Source of the DNA: the human T2T-CHM13v2.0 reference genome, Homo sapiens
Assembly (NCBI RefSeq): GCF_009914755.1
Contig: NC_060934.1
DNA length: 64,000 nt
Strand: one strand, 5' to 3'
Positions 46,831 to 62,007 of the stretch are shown one piece after another (position 1 is the first letter of the stretch; every line of letters starts with the position of its first letter). The notes under the pieces were generated by a model. That model did no database searches, was not told the DNA's origin, and saw nothing but the letters and a program-made list of their open reading frames with translations. Both the position numbers and the translations under genes were made by a program.

Positions 46831-47181
46831 TGCAGTCAATTGCCAGTGTATCTTGCTGCCCACCATGGCGGAGGGTAGCTACAGAGGCAGCAGATGACCT
46901 TACAGGCTTCTCAGTGTACCAGCTTGGCTGTTTTGAGAGATGGGCTCTTTGGTCTCATGTTGCTGATAGACCTACACAACTTTTCTTTGGGTTTACAGTG
47001 TCCCAAAGAAAAATAAGAAACAATTGGATGGCTTGTTGCTTTTCCACTCTGGGAGAGGTATATAAGACTATCACTGCGATCTTGGAAGATCACTGAGACT
47101 GATGAATTACTGATGAAATATGAGTCATTATGCTTGTGAAAGTGCTAGAACTGTTGACCCCCTGGAAAGAGGGTTAATATC

Positions 47182-47591
47182 TGCTATAGTTTGAATGTGT
47201 TCCTGAAACTTTTTGTGTTGAAAACTTAATCCCCAATGTAATCATGTTGAGAAGTGGGACCTTTAAGAGGTGATTAGGTCCCCAGAGTTGTGCCCTCACC
47301 AATGGATTGATACCATTATCACAGGAATGGGTTAGTTATCTCAGAAACGGGCTCTTGATAAAAGGATGAGTTCGGCCCTCTTTCTTCCTCTCTCTCTCTC
47401 TGTCTCTGTCTCCTATGCCTTCTTGCCTTCTGCCTTCCAATATGAGATGACACAGCAAGAAGGTCCTCACCAGATGGAGGCCCCTCATCCTTGGACTTCC
47501 CAGTCTCCAGAACTGTAGGAAATACATTTATTTTCTTTATGAATTACTCAGTCTTGTATTCTGTTACAGCAACCCAAAACAGACTAAGACA
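47182..47591 (+). mobile_element. MST-family MaLR solo LTR
   Basis: tgctatagtttgaatgtgt ... cagactaagaca; near-TSD atatc/atctc. Confidence 0.8.
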
Positions 47592-47941
47592 ATCTCCAAG
47601 GGAGGTGAGGGAGGAAAAAAACTACAAATTTTTGTTTGATTTGGGGGAATAGGAAAGAGGAGACAGACTGGATCTGATTTCTCTGTAATTTCAGACTCTA
47701 AATTTTTATAACCAAAACCTGGAGAAGAAAGGGAGAAGGGAGAAAAGTTGTCCAGATAAAGGGTATTCCTCCATTAGCTCCCATTTTAGTCCACATGTGC
47801 CACAATAGCTAAGTTTTTTCTTTGCAAATCCACTGATAGTGGCAGCACATTGGTGAGACTTGGAACACCATAGCACTAGGGGCCATCTTCAGCACCCCTT
47901 GACACAGCTCCCCTATTTCCCAGAGACCACTCATTGAAAGA

Positions 47942-48670
47942 TGAAATCACCTTTGCAAAAATGGTAACAGTGAGAAAACTATGACAATGAAAGAGATCTG
48001 ACCTAACTAACTTCATCTTGCTTTTAACTTCCAAACTGCCCCCAGTCATTAGTGGGCATGAGCCAAACTAACTTTGGGAGATATGTAGTTTACAGTTTAA
48101 ATGAGAATAGCCCCTCCCACAACAAAACCACCTTTGTAAAACTTATAAAAGGCCACAAGATTGGGAGGATGAGAGGGGCCTGAATTCTGCTAAGACTATA
48201 GGTGTAGCTAAATGGTCATCAGCCTTTATTCCGGAGGTTGCAAGATTTGGAACTTCTCCAATTACTCCTATAAATAACACCACTACTGTAGAACCTAAGA
48301 TTAGCCTTTTGAGATATCTTTTCAGGCTTTTGTGTTTCTGACAACCAGATGGCTCCGCCCAAAACAGTGACTCCTCTGTGGCCCCCACTCAGAGGAAGAC
48401 TCAGTGCACAAAAACCGTTTTCCACACCCCTATGACTACATCCCCAACCAATCAGCAGCACCCATTCCCAAGACCCCTGCCCACCAAACTATCCTTGAAA
48501 ACTCCTTGCCTCTGGATTTTCAGGGAGGCTGAACTGAGTAATAATAAAACTCTGCTCTCCCATTTAGCCAACTCTACCTGTATTAAACTCTTTCTCTATT
48601 GCAATTCCCCTGTCTTGATAAATCAACTCTATCTGAGCAGTGGGCAAGACGAACCCATTGCGTGGTTACA
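47942..48670 (+). mobile_element. LTR8A-like ERV1 solo LTR
   Basis: tgaaatcacctttgcaaaa ... ggttaca; perfect 4-bp TSD aaga. Confidence 0.85.
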
Positions 48671-51600
48671 AAGATGCTTGGCATCTTTTACGACAACTTC
48701 CTGTAAGTTCTCTTATGATAACTTGCATCTTCAGAAACATGGAGCACGTGTCTGAGAATTAGAGCTTGATACAAAGTCAGGGTAGTGATCTAACTCTTCT
48801 GTGCTTATTTATGTAGCTCTGCTTCCAACACCAACTGCAGATGTCACTGAATATTCTCTGGAGTCTCCTTTCAAACCAATTTTAATCCCACTAAGATTAA
48901 GAGCAAATATGGGAATAATTGAGATAGGATGACTTCGTGACTATCTTGATAGAGATGTTGTGACTATAAACCTGTTGATGGTCTTGGGCCACACTACCAT
49001 CTTTGCATTTCCAAGGCTTTTATTTTCCCCAATTCCATTCTACTTTGTAATCTTTGACTTGTTCACCAAGACTTTTTCTACAACCTGGGTAGAAAAAGTC
49101 AACGTGTGGTGCCAAGGCTAATTTTTTTCTTTTTCCCAAATGTTCAATTTCCCACTTAGCAATAACAGACTCTGAGCTGTCTTGCAGAAGTCGACGTCTC
49201 TGAGAAATTTGTTCTTAAGCTCAAAGTTAGCTAACTAGATTTCCTGGGAAGTCCCTTTCTTACCTTACAGAGCAAGGGATGTTCCCACCTTCCCTTGTCC
49301 ACACTTACTCATAAAATCTTTCTGATCATTGACTTGAAATTATGCTTAAACTCGACTTGAAAGAGATGTGTGTGTGCGTGTGTGTGTGTGTGTTTCAGTC
49401 CCACTTCCTGTGGTTTGAAAAAAACTGACAGTTCCTGACTGAATTTTATCTTTCCACTCTGGGAGCCACACAGCAGAATTATATTGCTTAGTAAAACAAA
49501 TGGACTACAGAGGGTCCCTTATGTGGCCGCTTGAAAACAGGAAGCTGGAGTGTGATGGGAATGGCTGGTTTTACATAATGAGGCATGCTCGGGGCTGCAA
49601 ACACCGCCCTGTGGGTTAGAGGCTAGACCTGGGGAAGTAAAGCCCATCAGGGCCTGATCCGTCCAACCCTGGAGTCTTTGTTTGGCTTGGACAGCCACAC
49701 CCTGGGACCCATCGCCAGGCTCCTTTTGCAGGGTCCAGGCCCCACATCTGACACAGGTCTTAGCAGTAGAATTACTCTCTTCTTCCTGCACCCTGAAAAT
49801 TGGCAGGACCATGGAGAAGGTTTCCAAACACATCCCCCACTTGTTCACTGTCCCGTGTATCTCCAGAGCAAGGTTGCCTCCGGGACCCACGTAGGTGGGC
49901 CTGACCGCAAGGAAAGCTAGTGTCCTTTTATGAATACCACTAGAGGAAGAAGAGAGCGTGTCCAAAGGATGCAGATGTGAGTAATCAGATGACGAGAAAA
50001 AGCAGAAGGGCACTTGGCATTTCCCCTTCACCTCCACGATCCCTCCCTGTGCTGGATGCGGACACGTCTTCCCTTTGTAACTTTGGCTCCGTTAACTGGG
50101 AAGAGCCTTCCAAAAGGCCACAGGAAGGTCTACATTTGAAAAACCAATCATTTCCTCTACTGCTGAGAAGTGAGCCAGAGCGACCTAACCTCCACTTCAC
50201 CCTAGGTAATGAGGACTTGGCTTGCAGTGGTCTGAAAGGGTAATCTCCTGATTGGCCTCCAGAGAGCCCTGTGCCGGCTCATTTATGAAGCTTTAAAACA
50301 ATTGCAAGTCTTCGGCAAAAGGCCTTCAGGGGCCACCCACGCCGGACATGAATCATTTGCATGTGTATCATTCACTTCCCACCAACAATGCCACCCACAG
50401 GCTGCATGGAGGACCCGGGGCTTTCAAAGAAGGGAAGAAAACTTCAGCCGTGCAAAGAAGCCCTACCGAAGTCTAAGCTCCTGCCCTCCTGGGGGAGGTG
50501 GGGGGTGCATTCCTCAGGCCAAGAAGTCGGACTCTGACTTCCTTTGAAATCCCTCCTGGTGACCAACACGGAATTAGTTAAACTAGTAGGCACTTGGTTG
50601 CCTGATCTCCCACGCCAGATTTTCGAACCAAAAAACCAAAAACCCTGGTGAGCAACAGAATTATTACAAAAGGTCCAAGAGTCCATGTTTGTACACAATT
50701 TTCCCATCGAAAGCTATTAAGAGTCCAGCTTGATCATATGGAATGTGTGCACATTTTTATTTTTACTTTTAAAAGGGGTTCCATGTGCTCAAAAATGTTG
50801 GAAACTCTGGGCAGAAGTCACCAAGAGAAATCAGAAGTTCATTCTGCCCTAAGCAACTTGGATAGCTTAGCAGTACTGGGGTGTCAACCACTCCACCAAG
50901 TCTAGGGTGCCCAAACCTGTGCCCAAGTAGAAATACGTTACTTAATTTGTTCTGATTTTGTTTGTTTGTTTGTTTGTTTTAGCAGGCAGGAAGACATTTT
51001 CAAATTCCAGAAATGCTGACGGACCTCCAGCGTTTCCATGTTCCTCCCCACCTGAAGAATGTTAAGATAAGCTTAATGTGATTATAACGAGACTTATATG
51101 CCCAACAAGCATAGTTTGGGAAAGAGATTTGCTTTGAATACTGTGAAATAAGCTTTAATCTGTCAGGTTTAAAAAAAAAAGTTCCTGTGAATTAATAATG
51201 CAAACAGCACTGTGCTTTCTGAGTGCGACTATAAAAGAATTTAATGACCTCCTATTGTGTCAAGCTGTGGATTAACTTCAATTTTCAGAAGATCCCAGGA
51301 TGCAGGAGTCAGGGTTTGAACTCCTGAGAAAAGTAAATACTAAACCCTAAATGGCCACTGAGTAAAGAATCCTATTGTCCCCGCTGCATAGCAACCAGTC
51401 CCAGTAGGAGGATATCCTACTTTGGATAAAATGAAGTGTCCAGAAAGTGAAAACAGCCTTGACACCAGTTTGTGTTAAAACTATATGAATATTTAAAATG
51501 CTTAACATCTGATCAAATAACTGATTCCCGAAGATTAGCTCTAAACCTTAGACAAGTAGTACAGCGGTCATTACATTTCGTAATCACTTTCAGGCCGAAC

Positions 51601-52893
51601 TCAGTTGGGGTGGACATTTCAATTCACAGAATCAACTGCTAGGTCCCCATTTAGGAACTCCATTCCTCCTGGGTGGGCTGACGATGAAGCCCTTGTTACT
51701 CCCTGGTGTCACATAGCACCAGCTTATGTCTTAAGGGCAATGCTGGCGTGAGGACATGAGAGTAGAGCCCCACAAATCAGGAATGTGGTGACAAGAACTG
51801 CACAGTGGGGCAGGGAGCTAAGAGAAGGGTCCAGTGGGGATCCATAATGGGCAACACAGAAGGTAGCTGTGCACACAGGCACCAGAGTCTTCATCCTGGG
51901 CCACTGCAGAGAGCCCCCTAAACCCAGAAAAGAACTTGCTCCCAAACAAAATCAGATTTACAAGGAAATGAATCTTGGAGAGCATCTCCCCAGGGCCTTT
52001 GGCCTCCATCAGCTGGGACACCCACGTTCCCAGAAGGAGGATGGCCACCTCCTCGGTGGGATTTCCCAAGGGCTCCTGCTAGAATGCGATGGATTTCCCT
52101 GGATGGCGTTTCACAGCGGAAACCGTGGGATTGATTTTGAACGTAATGGGTCTGTATGTGCTTCTGAAAGCGACCTCCTATAAATCATCTGCTCCTCAGA
52201 TGGCCCCATGAGGTAGGGAAGCTCTAAAGCTTGCTTTCTCTGTTACAGAAGGAAATGAGCACATCATCGCAGCCTCTTGGTAAACTGCACCCCCTCCCTT
52301 CCTATGGGTGAACTAAAACAGGAAAAAATGAAACTGGCAGATGTGAGAAAACTGGGAAAGATCCAACAAAGGAAACCAAACTTTGTTTGTAAAATATAAA
52401 GAGAGGATGAGGACCCCTCCTCCAGGATCTCTGTGTGTCTGCCTCTGTCCTAGCACTGACTGCAGTGACACTGCATGTTTACATGACCATCCCTCCACAG
52501 AGCACATTTTCCAAAGGGCAGGGCCATGTCTTCCATAACCTGTATTCCCAGTGCCCTACTCATGCCTGGGACAAACACACAACATGGGAGGTGCTCCTGA
52601 ATGTGCAGGTACTAACAGGGAGAAGATGCAGTGGATTTAACTTGGAAGATTATTAAAGGAAGGTGCTGCATGTCTGCAGACAATGATTCAAGTTAGGATA
52701 AATGCGGAGGCAGAATTTCTGGGGAAAAGGCCTAGCAGACAAAGGAGGTAGGAGTCTAGAATGTTCCTTCAGTCTGGTCTACTCAACAATCTTTTCAAAT
52801 GCAAACTACCGTCTTAGCTTAGGACGGGGAAAGATCCACTTTCTTAGAGATGGGAGCTTGCAGCCACCTGTCACACACTTAAAAAGGAATTTG

Positions 52894-53420
<527 letters not shown>

Positions 53421-54797
53421 TTAACTTCAAAATTTGGCCTGAGAAAAGCCATTTTGCTTTCCTTTACAAAAAGTTTCCAAGGAAATTTAATCTCATAGAT
53501 GTTTTGTTTCTAAATGGGAAGCTGGACCACAATGCAAAAGAGATTCTTTCTGATAATTAACTTTTGTTCTAGTAGCTAAAATGCTAAGGGGAATTTTTGG
53601 TGTATTTTTGTCAGAATAGCTCAAAATATGAGCCTCTCCTGAATTCCAACAATCTTATTGGTATCAAGCTTGGTTCCCAATTTAACTCTCTGGTTCTTAG
53701 ATTGACCAAATGAGTTCTCTGTGTTCAGTCAGAAATGCTATAAGAGAGTTTTAAGAGTTTCTGAGACAATTGTCAGGGTAATCATCACAGACAGGCTAAA
53801 ACAAAGAAAAATAAATCATATCCCACTTTTCCAATCACTCTACCCAGATTGCTATCCTACCAACATCCCCTAAAGTATGTGATGCTATTGCTGTGACAGT
53901 TTAAAGAGTAAACCATCTGGGTCCCATTTCCATACAACTTTTGCTGACATTGATCATCTTATCCTAGGCTCTTCTCAGGTGAGATGAGCTCCTAGGGGTT
54001 CTCTAGCAGAAAATTTTCCGTGAGAGCGTCAATATCATCCTTCAATTCCTTCTTTGTTCCGTGGCTCTTCCTCATAGCAATGCTTCTTTCTTATCTACTC
54101 ATCAGGCTAGCCTAGTTTTCATTCATTCATTCATTCTTCACTAGCTGTGATAGTTACTGAGTGACTATGACAGACAAGGTCCCTGCTCTTATAGAATTTA
54201 CATTCTAGCAGAGCAGAGCAATCTAGCAATAAAACAACAATTAATTATCAGGAGGCTCTTTGGGGTTTACCACAGTGGGAAGAGAAAGTGATTTAACTGA
54301 CCCCAGAAAAAAAATATAACCCCTTAAGCATAAATGGTATAAGATGTAGAGGAACATGCAGGGTCCTGCTTTTACTAGGAAGCCAAGTGCCGGTCGTGCG
54401 GTGCCTTGCGAGGTCGTTCTTGGTCTGTAGAGTGGCTCTGTGCTGATGGGTCTACTTGTGCTCCATTCTCAGGCCCACTAAGTGACTTCTTTCCAGACAA
54501 GGACTTGTTTATATCTGAGGAATCTACTTCCATAATACGAAAGCTGGGGAGCTCACCACAGGAAGTTTCAGGATGCAAACCCAGGAAGAGAAGGGTGGAC
54601 GCTCAGACCCCATCTGTTTGCACCAAGACATCTTTGCCAGCAGCCTTCACTTTCCTCGCCTTGGACCTTGGCCACATTATTGATTTCACAAGGTCTCAGG
54701 CTCCACCGACAGCCATTCAGAAGAAGGCCAGAGTGCATGTGGAATCACCGCTTTGCCACATGATGATCTGCTTAAGACAAAGTCTACACTGCAGTAG

Positions 54798-55185
<388 letters not shown>

Positions 55186-55214
55186 AAGTCAATTTACTAA
55201 AAGTCAGCTCAGTA

Positions 55215-55758
55215 TATACCCAAAGGAATATAAATCAATCCTTCTAGTATAAAGATACATGCACACATATAGCACTATTTACAATAGCAAAGTCATGGAA
55301 TCAACCTAAATGCCTATCAGTGATAGACTGGATAAAGAAAATGTGGTACATATACATCATGGAATACTATGCAGCCAAAAAAAGGAATGAGATCATGTTG
55401 CAGGGACATGGATGGAGTCGGAAGCCATTATTCTCAGCAAACTAATGCAGGAACAGAAAACCAAACACCGCATGATCTCACTTATAAGTAGGAGCTGATT
55501 GATGAGAACACATGGACCTGTGGTGGGGAAAAACACACACTGGGCATCTGTAGGGGCAGGAAGGGAGAGCATCAGGAAGAATAACCAATTGATGCAGGGC
55601 TTAATACCTGGATGATGGGATGATCTGTGTAGTAAACCACCATGGCACACATTTACCTGCACACGTACCCCTGAACTTAAAATAAAAATTGGAAGACAAA
55701 AAAAGGAACTGATGAATAAGATCAAATAAAATCATTGTTGATTGAAGTTAAAAAAAAA
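55215..55758 (+). mobile_element. 5'-truncated L1PA (about PA13-15) with a short 3' transduction
   Basis: TSD aaaagtcagc(t/c)cagta at 55199-55214 / 55755-55770. Confidence 0.8.
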
Positions 55759-55770
55759 GTCAGCCCAGTA

Positions 55771-56810
55771 GAAAATGGACAAAATGCTTGAAATGCCACT
55801 TCATAAATGAGAGTAATATTCAAATGGCTAGTAAACATATTAAAAATGCTCAATTTTGTTTGTAATCAAGGAAATGCACATTGAAATCATAGAGATGCAA
55901 TTCCACACTACCAAAATGGCTAAAATTTAAATTAAAATTGCCAAATATTGGCAAGAATATGTAACAACTTGAACACTCCCACACTATTCATTAGAGTGCT
56001 AATTGGTACAAACCCTTAGGAAAATGGTTTGGAAATTATTACTAAAGCTAACATATACATACCCTTCGACTCAGCAACTCCACTCTGGGTTTTCATGCCC
56101 AACAGAAATGTGTTCACTAATAAACACTTACCTGAATTTTTTTAGGAGTGCTGTTCATTGGAGCTAAAAACTGAAAATTACCCAGGTGCACGGCAATGGT
56201 AGCATGAATGAATACATTACGCGATATTCACACAATGGAATACAGGTTGAGTATCCCTTATCCAAGTGCTTGGGACCAGAAATGTTTCAGATTTTTAATT
56301 TTTCAGGTCTTGGAATAGTTGCATTAAACTCACTGGTGGAACATGCCAAATCCAAAAATCTGAAATCTCAATCTCAATCTAAATGCTCCAATGAGCATTT
56401 CCTTTCAGCATCATGTGGGTGCTCAACAAGTTTCAGATTTTGCAGCATTTTGGACTTCAGATTTTCAGATTTGGGATGTTCAACCTATACTGTACAACAG
56501 TGAGAAAGAATCACGTACTCACAAAAATATGGATGAATATGACAGCCATACTATGGAGGAAAAGAAACCAGACATTAAAAGTCTGGTATACACTGCATGA
56601 TTCCATTTCTATAAAGTACACAAACAGACAGGATAATGATTACCCCACTTAGGATTAGTGCCTGGGAGATAACACAAAAGAGAACTGGTAACATTGTATT
56701 TCTTGCTCTGGGTTCTGGTTTTATGGATGTGTTCAGTTTGTGAAAATTCATTGAGACTACGATGTGTGCTCATTTCCGTATGTATATTACATTTCAATAA
56801 AAAGTACCAC
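55771..56810 (+). mobile_element. Old L1M 3' end (L1MC/ME) containing Tigger4
   Basis: aaggaaatgcacattgaa, cccttcgactcagcaactccact, tatgtatattacatttcaataaaa. Confidence 0.7.
56243..56487. mobile_element. Tigger4a/MER46-like MITE
   Basis: TIRs caggttgagtatcc / ggatgttcaaccta, flanked by TA. Confidence 0.8.
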
Positions 56811-57220
56811 AAAACCTATATACCACTGTTGCTCCTGCTTCTGTTCTTGTGGACACCACACACAGTAAAAGCACATATATCAACTTTCCAAGTCGACATG
56901 TAATTCAAGACATACAGTGCACTTTAAGCCTGCCATGAATATATTTTGTAGAATAATGTAAGAATCGGAGAAATGGGCCACTCGGCAGTTCTACAGAGTT
57001 TGGGTGTGTGTGCAAGCATGGAAGAGTGGCATGTGGTTTTCACTACTAATGGATTAGTAAAGTATAATAGGAAAAATATGATGCCCAAAAGAAAGCCAAC
57101 TGCCACTGCTGCTCTGGAACTGGCCCAGATGCTCTGGAACTGGCTCAGAACTGAGAAAAGCTAAGAAATGATACCTGGAAACAGAAAGTTCATGGAAGAG
57201 AGCACATGCTAAGGTTTTAT

Positions 57221-57532
57221 TCTTTTTTTTTTTTTTTCTGGGACAAGATCTCACTCTGTTGCTCAGGCTGGAGTGCAGTGGCTCAGTGGCTCCTCTCAGC
57301 TCACTGCAACCTCTGCCTCCCCAGCTCAAGCAATCCTCCAGCCGCAGCCTCCCAAGTAGCTGGGACTACAGGCACACACCACCATGCTTGGCTAATTTTT
57401 GTATTTTTTTTTTGTAGAGATGGGGTTTCACCATGTGGCCCAGGCTGGTCTCCAACCCCTAGCCTCAAGCAATCTGCCTGCCTCAGCCTTCCAAAGTGCT
57501 GGGATTACAGACATGAGCCACCACACTTGACC
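57221..57532 (-). mobile_element. AluJ
   Basis: TSD core tgctaaggttttat (57207-57220 / 57554-57567). Confidence 0.9.
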
Positions 57533-58085
57533 TTCTTCTTAAATGAGAGAATCTGCTAAGGTTTTATGTTAAGGGCCTATTGGCCTGCTTTACATTGTTA
57601 AATTTTTTCTTAACAGGTGAAGCTCTAGGCTCTCCAACTAGATTATAAGCTCATTAAGAACAGGGGGTTGTTTTGTGTCCTCCTTGAGTGCTAGGCACAT
57701 CAATGTCATTTTTTTTTATTTCGTTATGGTTAAACGTATTTACAGAGACATCCTCAGTTTTAAAATCGGAGACGATGCATTCAAGGCTGAGGCAGAAGCT
57801 GCTGGTTGGATGGTGGTTGGATGGGGAGGGAGCTGAGAAATTGATCGCCTGAGTGTCTTTTGTCCTCTCAGGAGGAATGACTGACTGCAGAAATGGGAAA
57901 GGGAGACTATAGCCCCTGACTCCTGTTTGCAAGTATGAATCAAGGGATGATTGAGGGTTGAACAACACACGCCTGAGCCAATCTTGGAAGCCCATTGCAA
58001 AATTGTGCACCAAATTTGGTTCAAAACCTTAAACTTTCATCCTATCTGGAACCTCAGCTTTCCAGAGTTTATTTCATTTCCTAGT

Positions 58086-58266
58086 GTTATGGGTTGAATT
58101 ACGTTCCTCACAAATTTACATATAAAGTCCTCACCCCTAGTACCTCAGAATGTGATGTTATTTGGAAATAGGTTTGTTGCAGATGTATTCGTTAAAATGA
58201 GGTCATACTTGTGTATGATGGGCCCCTAATCTAATATAATTGGTGTTCATATAAAAAGGGGAAATT

Positions 58267-58317
<51 letters not shown>

Positions 58318-58548
58318 CCACTGGGACCATGATTCTTCAAGCAATGAGCCTTCATTCCCTGCAAAACACTAGAAGACAGTCAGGAGGCATGGAACAGATC
58401 CTCTCTCATAGCCTTCAGAGGAAAGCAGCAGTACCAACACTGTGGTCTCAGACTTCTAGCCTCCAGAACTGGGAGAAAATAATTATCTGTGGCTTGAGCC
58501 GCCTAGTTCGCAGTACTTGTTGCAGCAGTCCTAGCAAAGTAATCAATA
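58086..58548 (+). mobile_element. MLT1B/C MaLR LTR containing (CA)n
   Basis: tgttatgggttgaatt...tagtacctcagaatgtga..ttatttggaaatagg. Confidence 0.75.
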
Positions 58549-58597
58549 CCAAGTGTTGAAATTTCATGATCGATTACAAAGCAGATGACTCTTCTTG

Positions 58598-58856
58598 TTT
58601 TTGGTTTTGATTTTTTGTTTGTTTGTTTTGAGACAAAGTCTCACTCTGTCACCCAGGCTGGAGCGCAGTGGCATGATCTCGGCTCACTGCAACCTCCACC
58701 TGTGGGATCAAGCGATTCTCTTGCCCCACCACGCCTGCTAATTTTTGTATTTTTAGTAGAGACAGGGTTTCACCATGTTGGCCAGACTGGTCTTGAACTC
58801 CTGACCTCAGCCTCCCAAAGTGCTGGGATTATAGGCAGAGCCAACGCGCCTGGTCA
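58598..58856 (-). mobile_element. AluS with internal deletions
   Basis: Antisense dimer. Confidence 0.8.
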
Positions 58857-59009
58857 GACGTACTCTTCTTTAGTGATGCACCCTGGCCTGCTAACAGCAT
58901 TTATAATGACATCAAGGGTCTGTGTGTCTGAATGTGGACATTTCAGAAAACATTTCTTCACCTTTGAAAATAAACAAAATATTTTGCCAGGTCTTTCACC
59001 AAAAAGTCT

Positions 59010-59170
59010 TCAAAGTGAATGGGACCTTAGAGATCGAAGGTTCAATCCCCTCATTTTAGAGATGAAGGCATTCAGGTTCAGAGGTGGGAAGTCACTTGTC
59101 CTAGGTCAGTAGGTTTGTTGGAGACAGAGCTAAGAGTCCCAGCTTCCAACTCTCAAGTTAGAGATTTTTC
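59010..59170 (-). mobile_element. MIR
   Basis: cccctcattttagagatga.ggc..t.aggttcagagg..aagtcacttg. Confidence 0.65.
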
Positions 59171-59636
59171 TGCTGGATTGCAGCCCATTCTGCTGAAAGT
59201 TTATGCAGACAAAGGAAATAAACACTCTTCCTTTGAGATATGGCTATACTCGAAGTGGCAGGAATCCTACCAAGGCCCTGGAGAAACTATTACATTGTAA
59301 ATCTTAAAAGTAGTAAAATATTTTAATATTCCAAGTCCAATATAGTCCAAAGAAGAATCGAAGATGCCAAAATCTAATTATGTCTCTGAATCTTTGCTTA
59401 ATCCAACAGGCTATTTGGTATTCCTATTTCAACATTTTGGGGTGTTCCAATAGGAAACTAAACACATTGGGTACATTGACTTTCAGACTTGTAACAAATA
59501 AGTTGTGCCAAACCACACAATTCCACCTCAAGATAATTTTCCCCAGTGGGACAAAATATAAAACAACAGCAGCCAGCGAGTGTACATTAGTTGAAAACAC
59601 CCACATTGCAATCCAAATCATGTGCCACTATTGTTC

Positions 59637-59667
<31 letters not shown>

Positions 59668-59901
59668 CTCTCACCCTTCCTCGCTCTCTCAACCTTCCCA
59701 GCTCTTTGATTCTACCAGGAAAAGAAAAGAGCCTTTCACACCAAAACCTAGATGATGGATCAGTTGACCCTGAAACCAAGTTCAGCTATTTCATGACTGT
59801 GTGAGAGTGACCTTGAATAATAGAAATAGCTGCTGGAAAAAAAATGCTTTTCATACTGAAGGGTAGAAAAACAAGAATGACAGTAGGCTCTACATTTCAG
59901 T

Positions 59902-60252
59902 CTCTATGGTCTGAATGTGTTCCCCCAAATTCATATACTGAAACATAGTCTGCAGTGTGGTATTAAGAGATGAGGCTTAGGGGAGGTGATTAAGTCATGA
60001 GGGCAGAGACTTCATAAATGAGATTAGCACCCTTATAAAAGAAGCCTGAGGGAGCTTGTTAGCTCCTTTGCCTGTCCTTTGTGTGAGGACACATTGAAGG
60101 TGAATCTAGGAGGAATGAGGCCTCGCCAGACGCCAAATCTGCTGATGCTTTGATCTTGAAATCCCAGCCTCCAGAACTGTAAGCAATAAATTCTGTTGCT
60201 TATAAAACTCATTGTAAGGTATTTTGTTATAACCTCTCAAATGGACTAAGAT
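59902..60252 (+). mobile_element. MLT1A-family MaLR LTR
   Basis: ctatggtctgaatgtgt.cccccaaattcata ... atggactaaga. Confidence 0.75.
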
Positions 60253-60459
60253 GCAGTCTATAAACCTTGATGGGACTCTTAGTCTAGAAAATTGCATTTT
60301 AGATAATACATTCCACATTTTTAGCACTCTAATAGCTAATGTGCATGGCTCATTATTTTGCTGATAAATAATATAAGCCATTCTAGAGGTCAATGAGATG
60401 CTCAGAAAAAAAATGCTGTCTTGATACAGAAAGAAGGAAGACTAGTTTTTTTTTTTTTT

Positions 60460-60950
60460 CAGGTTTTTAAGCAAAGTTTTTAACTGAAGCATAACATGCA
60501 AAATGAAAAGTACACAAATCATAAATGTATGGATTAATGAAATTTTACAAAATATGCACATTTGTGTAATCACTACCCAGACAATGAATAGAATATCACC
60601 AGTTCTCCAGAAGCTGCCTATGGGCACCCTCTCACTCCCTCCCCTGTTCCTCCTCAAAGCTAACCACTATTCTGATATCTATCACCATCGATTGGTTTTT
60701 TTCTTCTTCTGAACTTTATATATATGTATATATTATATAATCTTTTGTGTCTGGTTTCATTCAACATTATGTTGGTGAATTTAATGCACACTTGTTGCAC
60801 GTAAACAGTAGTCCATTTATTTCATTGCTGCATTGATTCCAATGTATACACACACCAATATTTATCCATTCTACTGTTGAGAGACTTTTGAGTTGTTTCC
60901 ATTTTCTATTATGAATAGTGCTGCTATAAACATTCTCGTGCATGTTTATA
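60460..60950 (-). mobile_element. L1ME 3' end
   Basis: ttttaactgaagcataacat..aaaagtacacaaatcataa. Confidence 0.65.
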
Positions 60951-60989
60951 TTGGCTCTTTCTATTTCTCTTGGTATGCCTGGTAATTTC

Positions 60990-61145
60990 TTTTTAAAATT
61001 TATTTACTTTAAGTTCCGGGCAGGCTTGTTACATAGGTGTGCCATGGTGGTTTGCTGCATCTATCAACCCATCACCTAGGCATTAAACCCCGCATGCATT
61101 AGCTATTTGTCCTGATGCTCTCCCTCCCCTTGCCCCCCACCTCCC
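60990..61145 (-). mobile_element. Short L1PA 3' end fragment
   Basis: gtgccatggtggtttgctgca.ctatcaaccc.tcacctagg. Confidence 0.8.
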
Positions 61146-61149
61146 TATA

Positions 61150-62007
<858 letters not shown>

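Noticed and set aside
49519-50037. 172-aa minus-strand ORF in unique DNA
   Set aside because: No recognisable domain, and the length is compatible with chance in GC-balanced sequence.
58585-59112. 175-aa ORF and the many similar Alu- or microsatellite-derived ORFs
   Set aside because: Typical antisense-Alu peptides ([15 protein letters not shown]) or dinucleotide-repeat translations.
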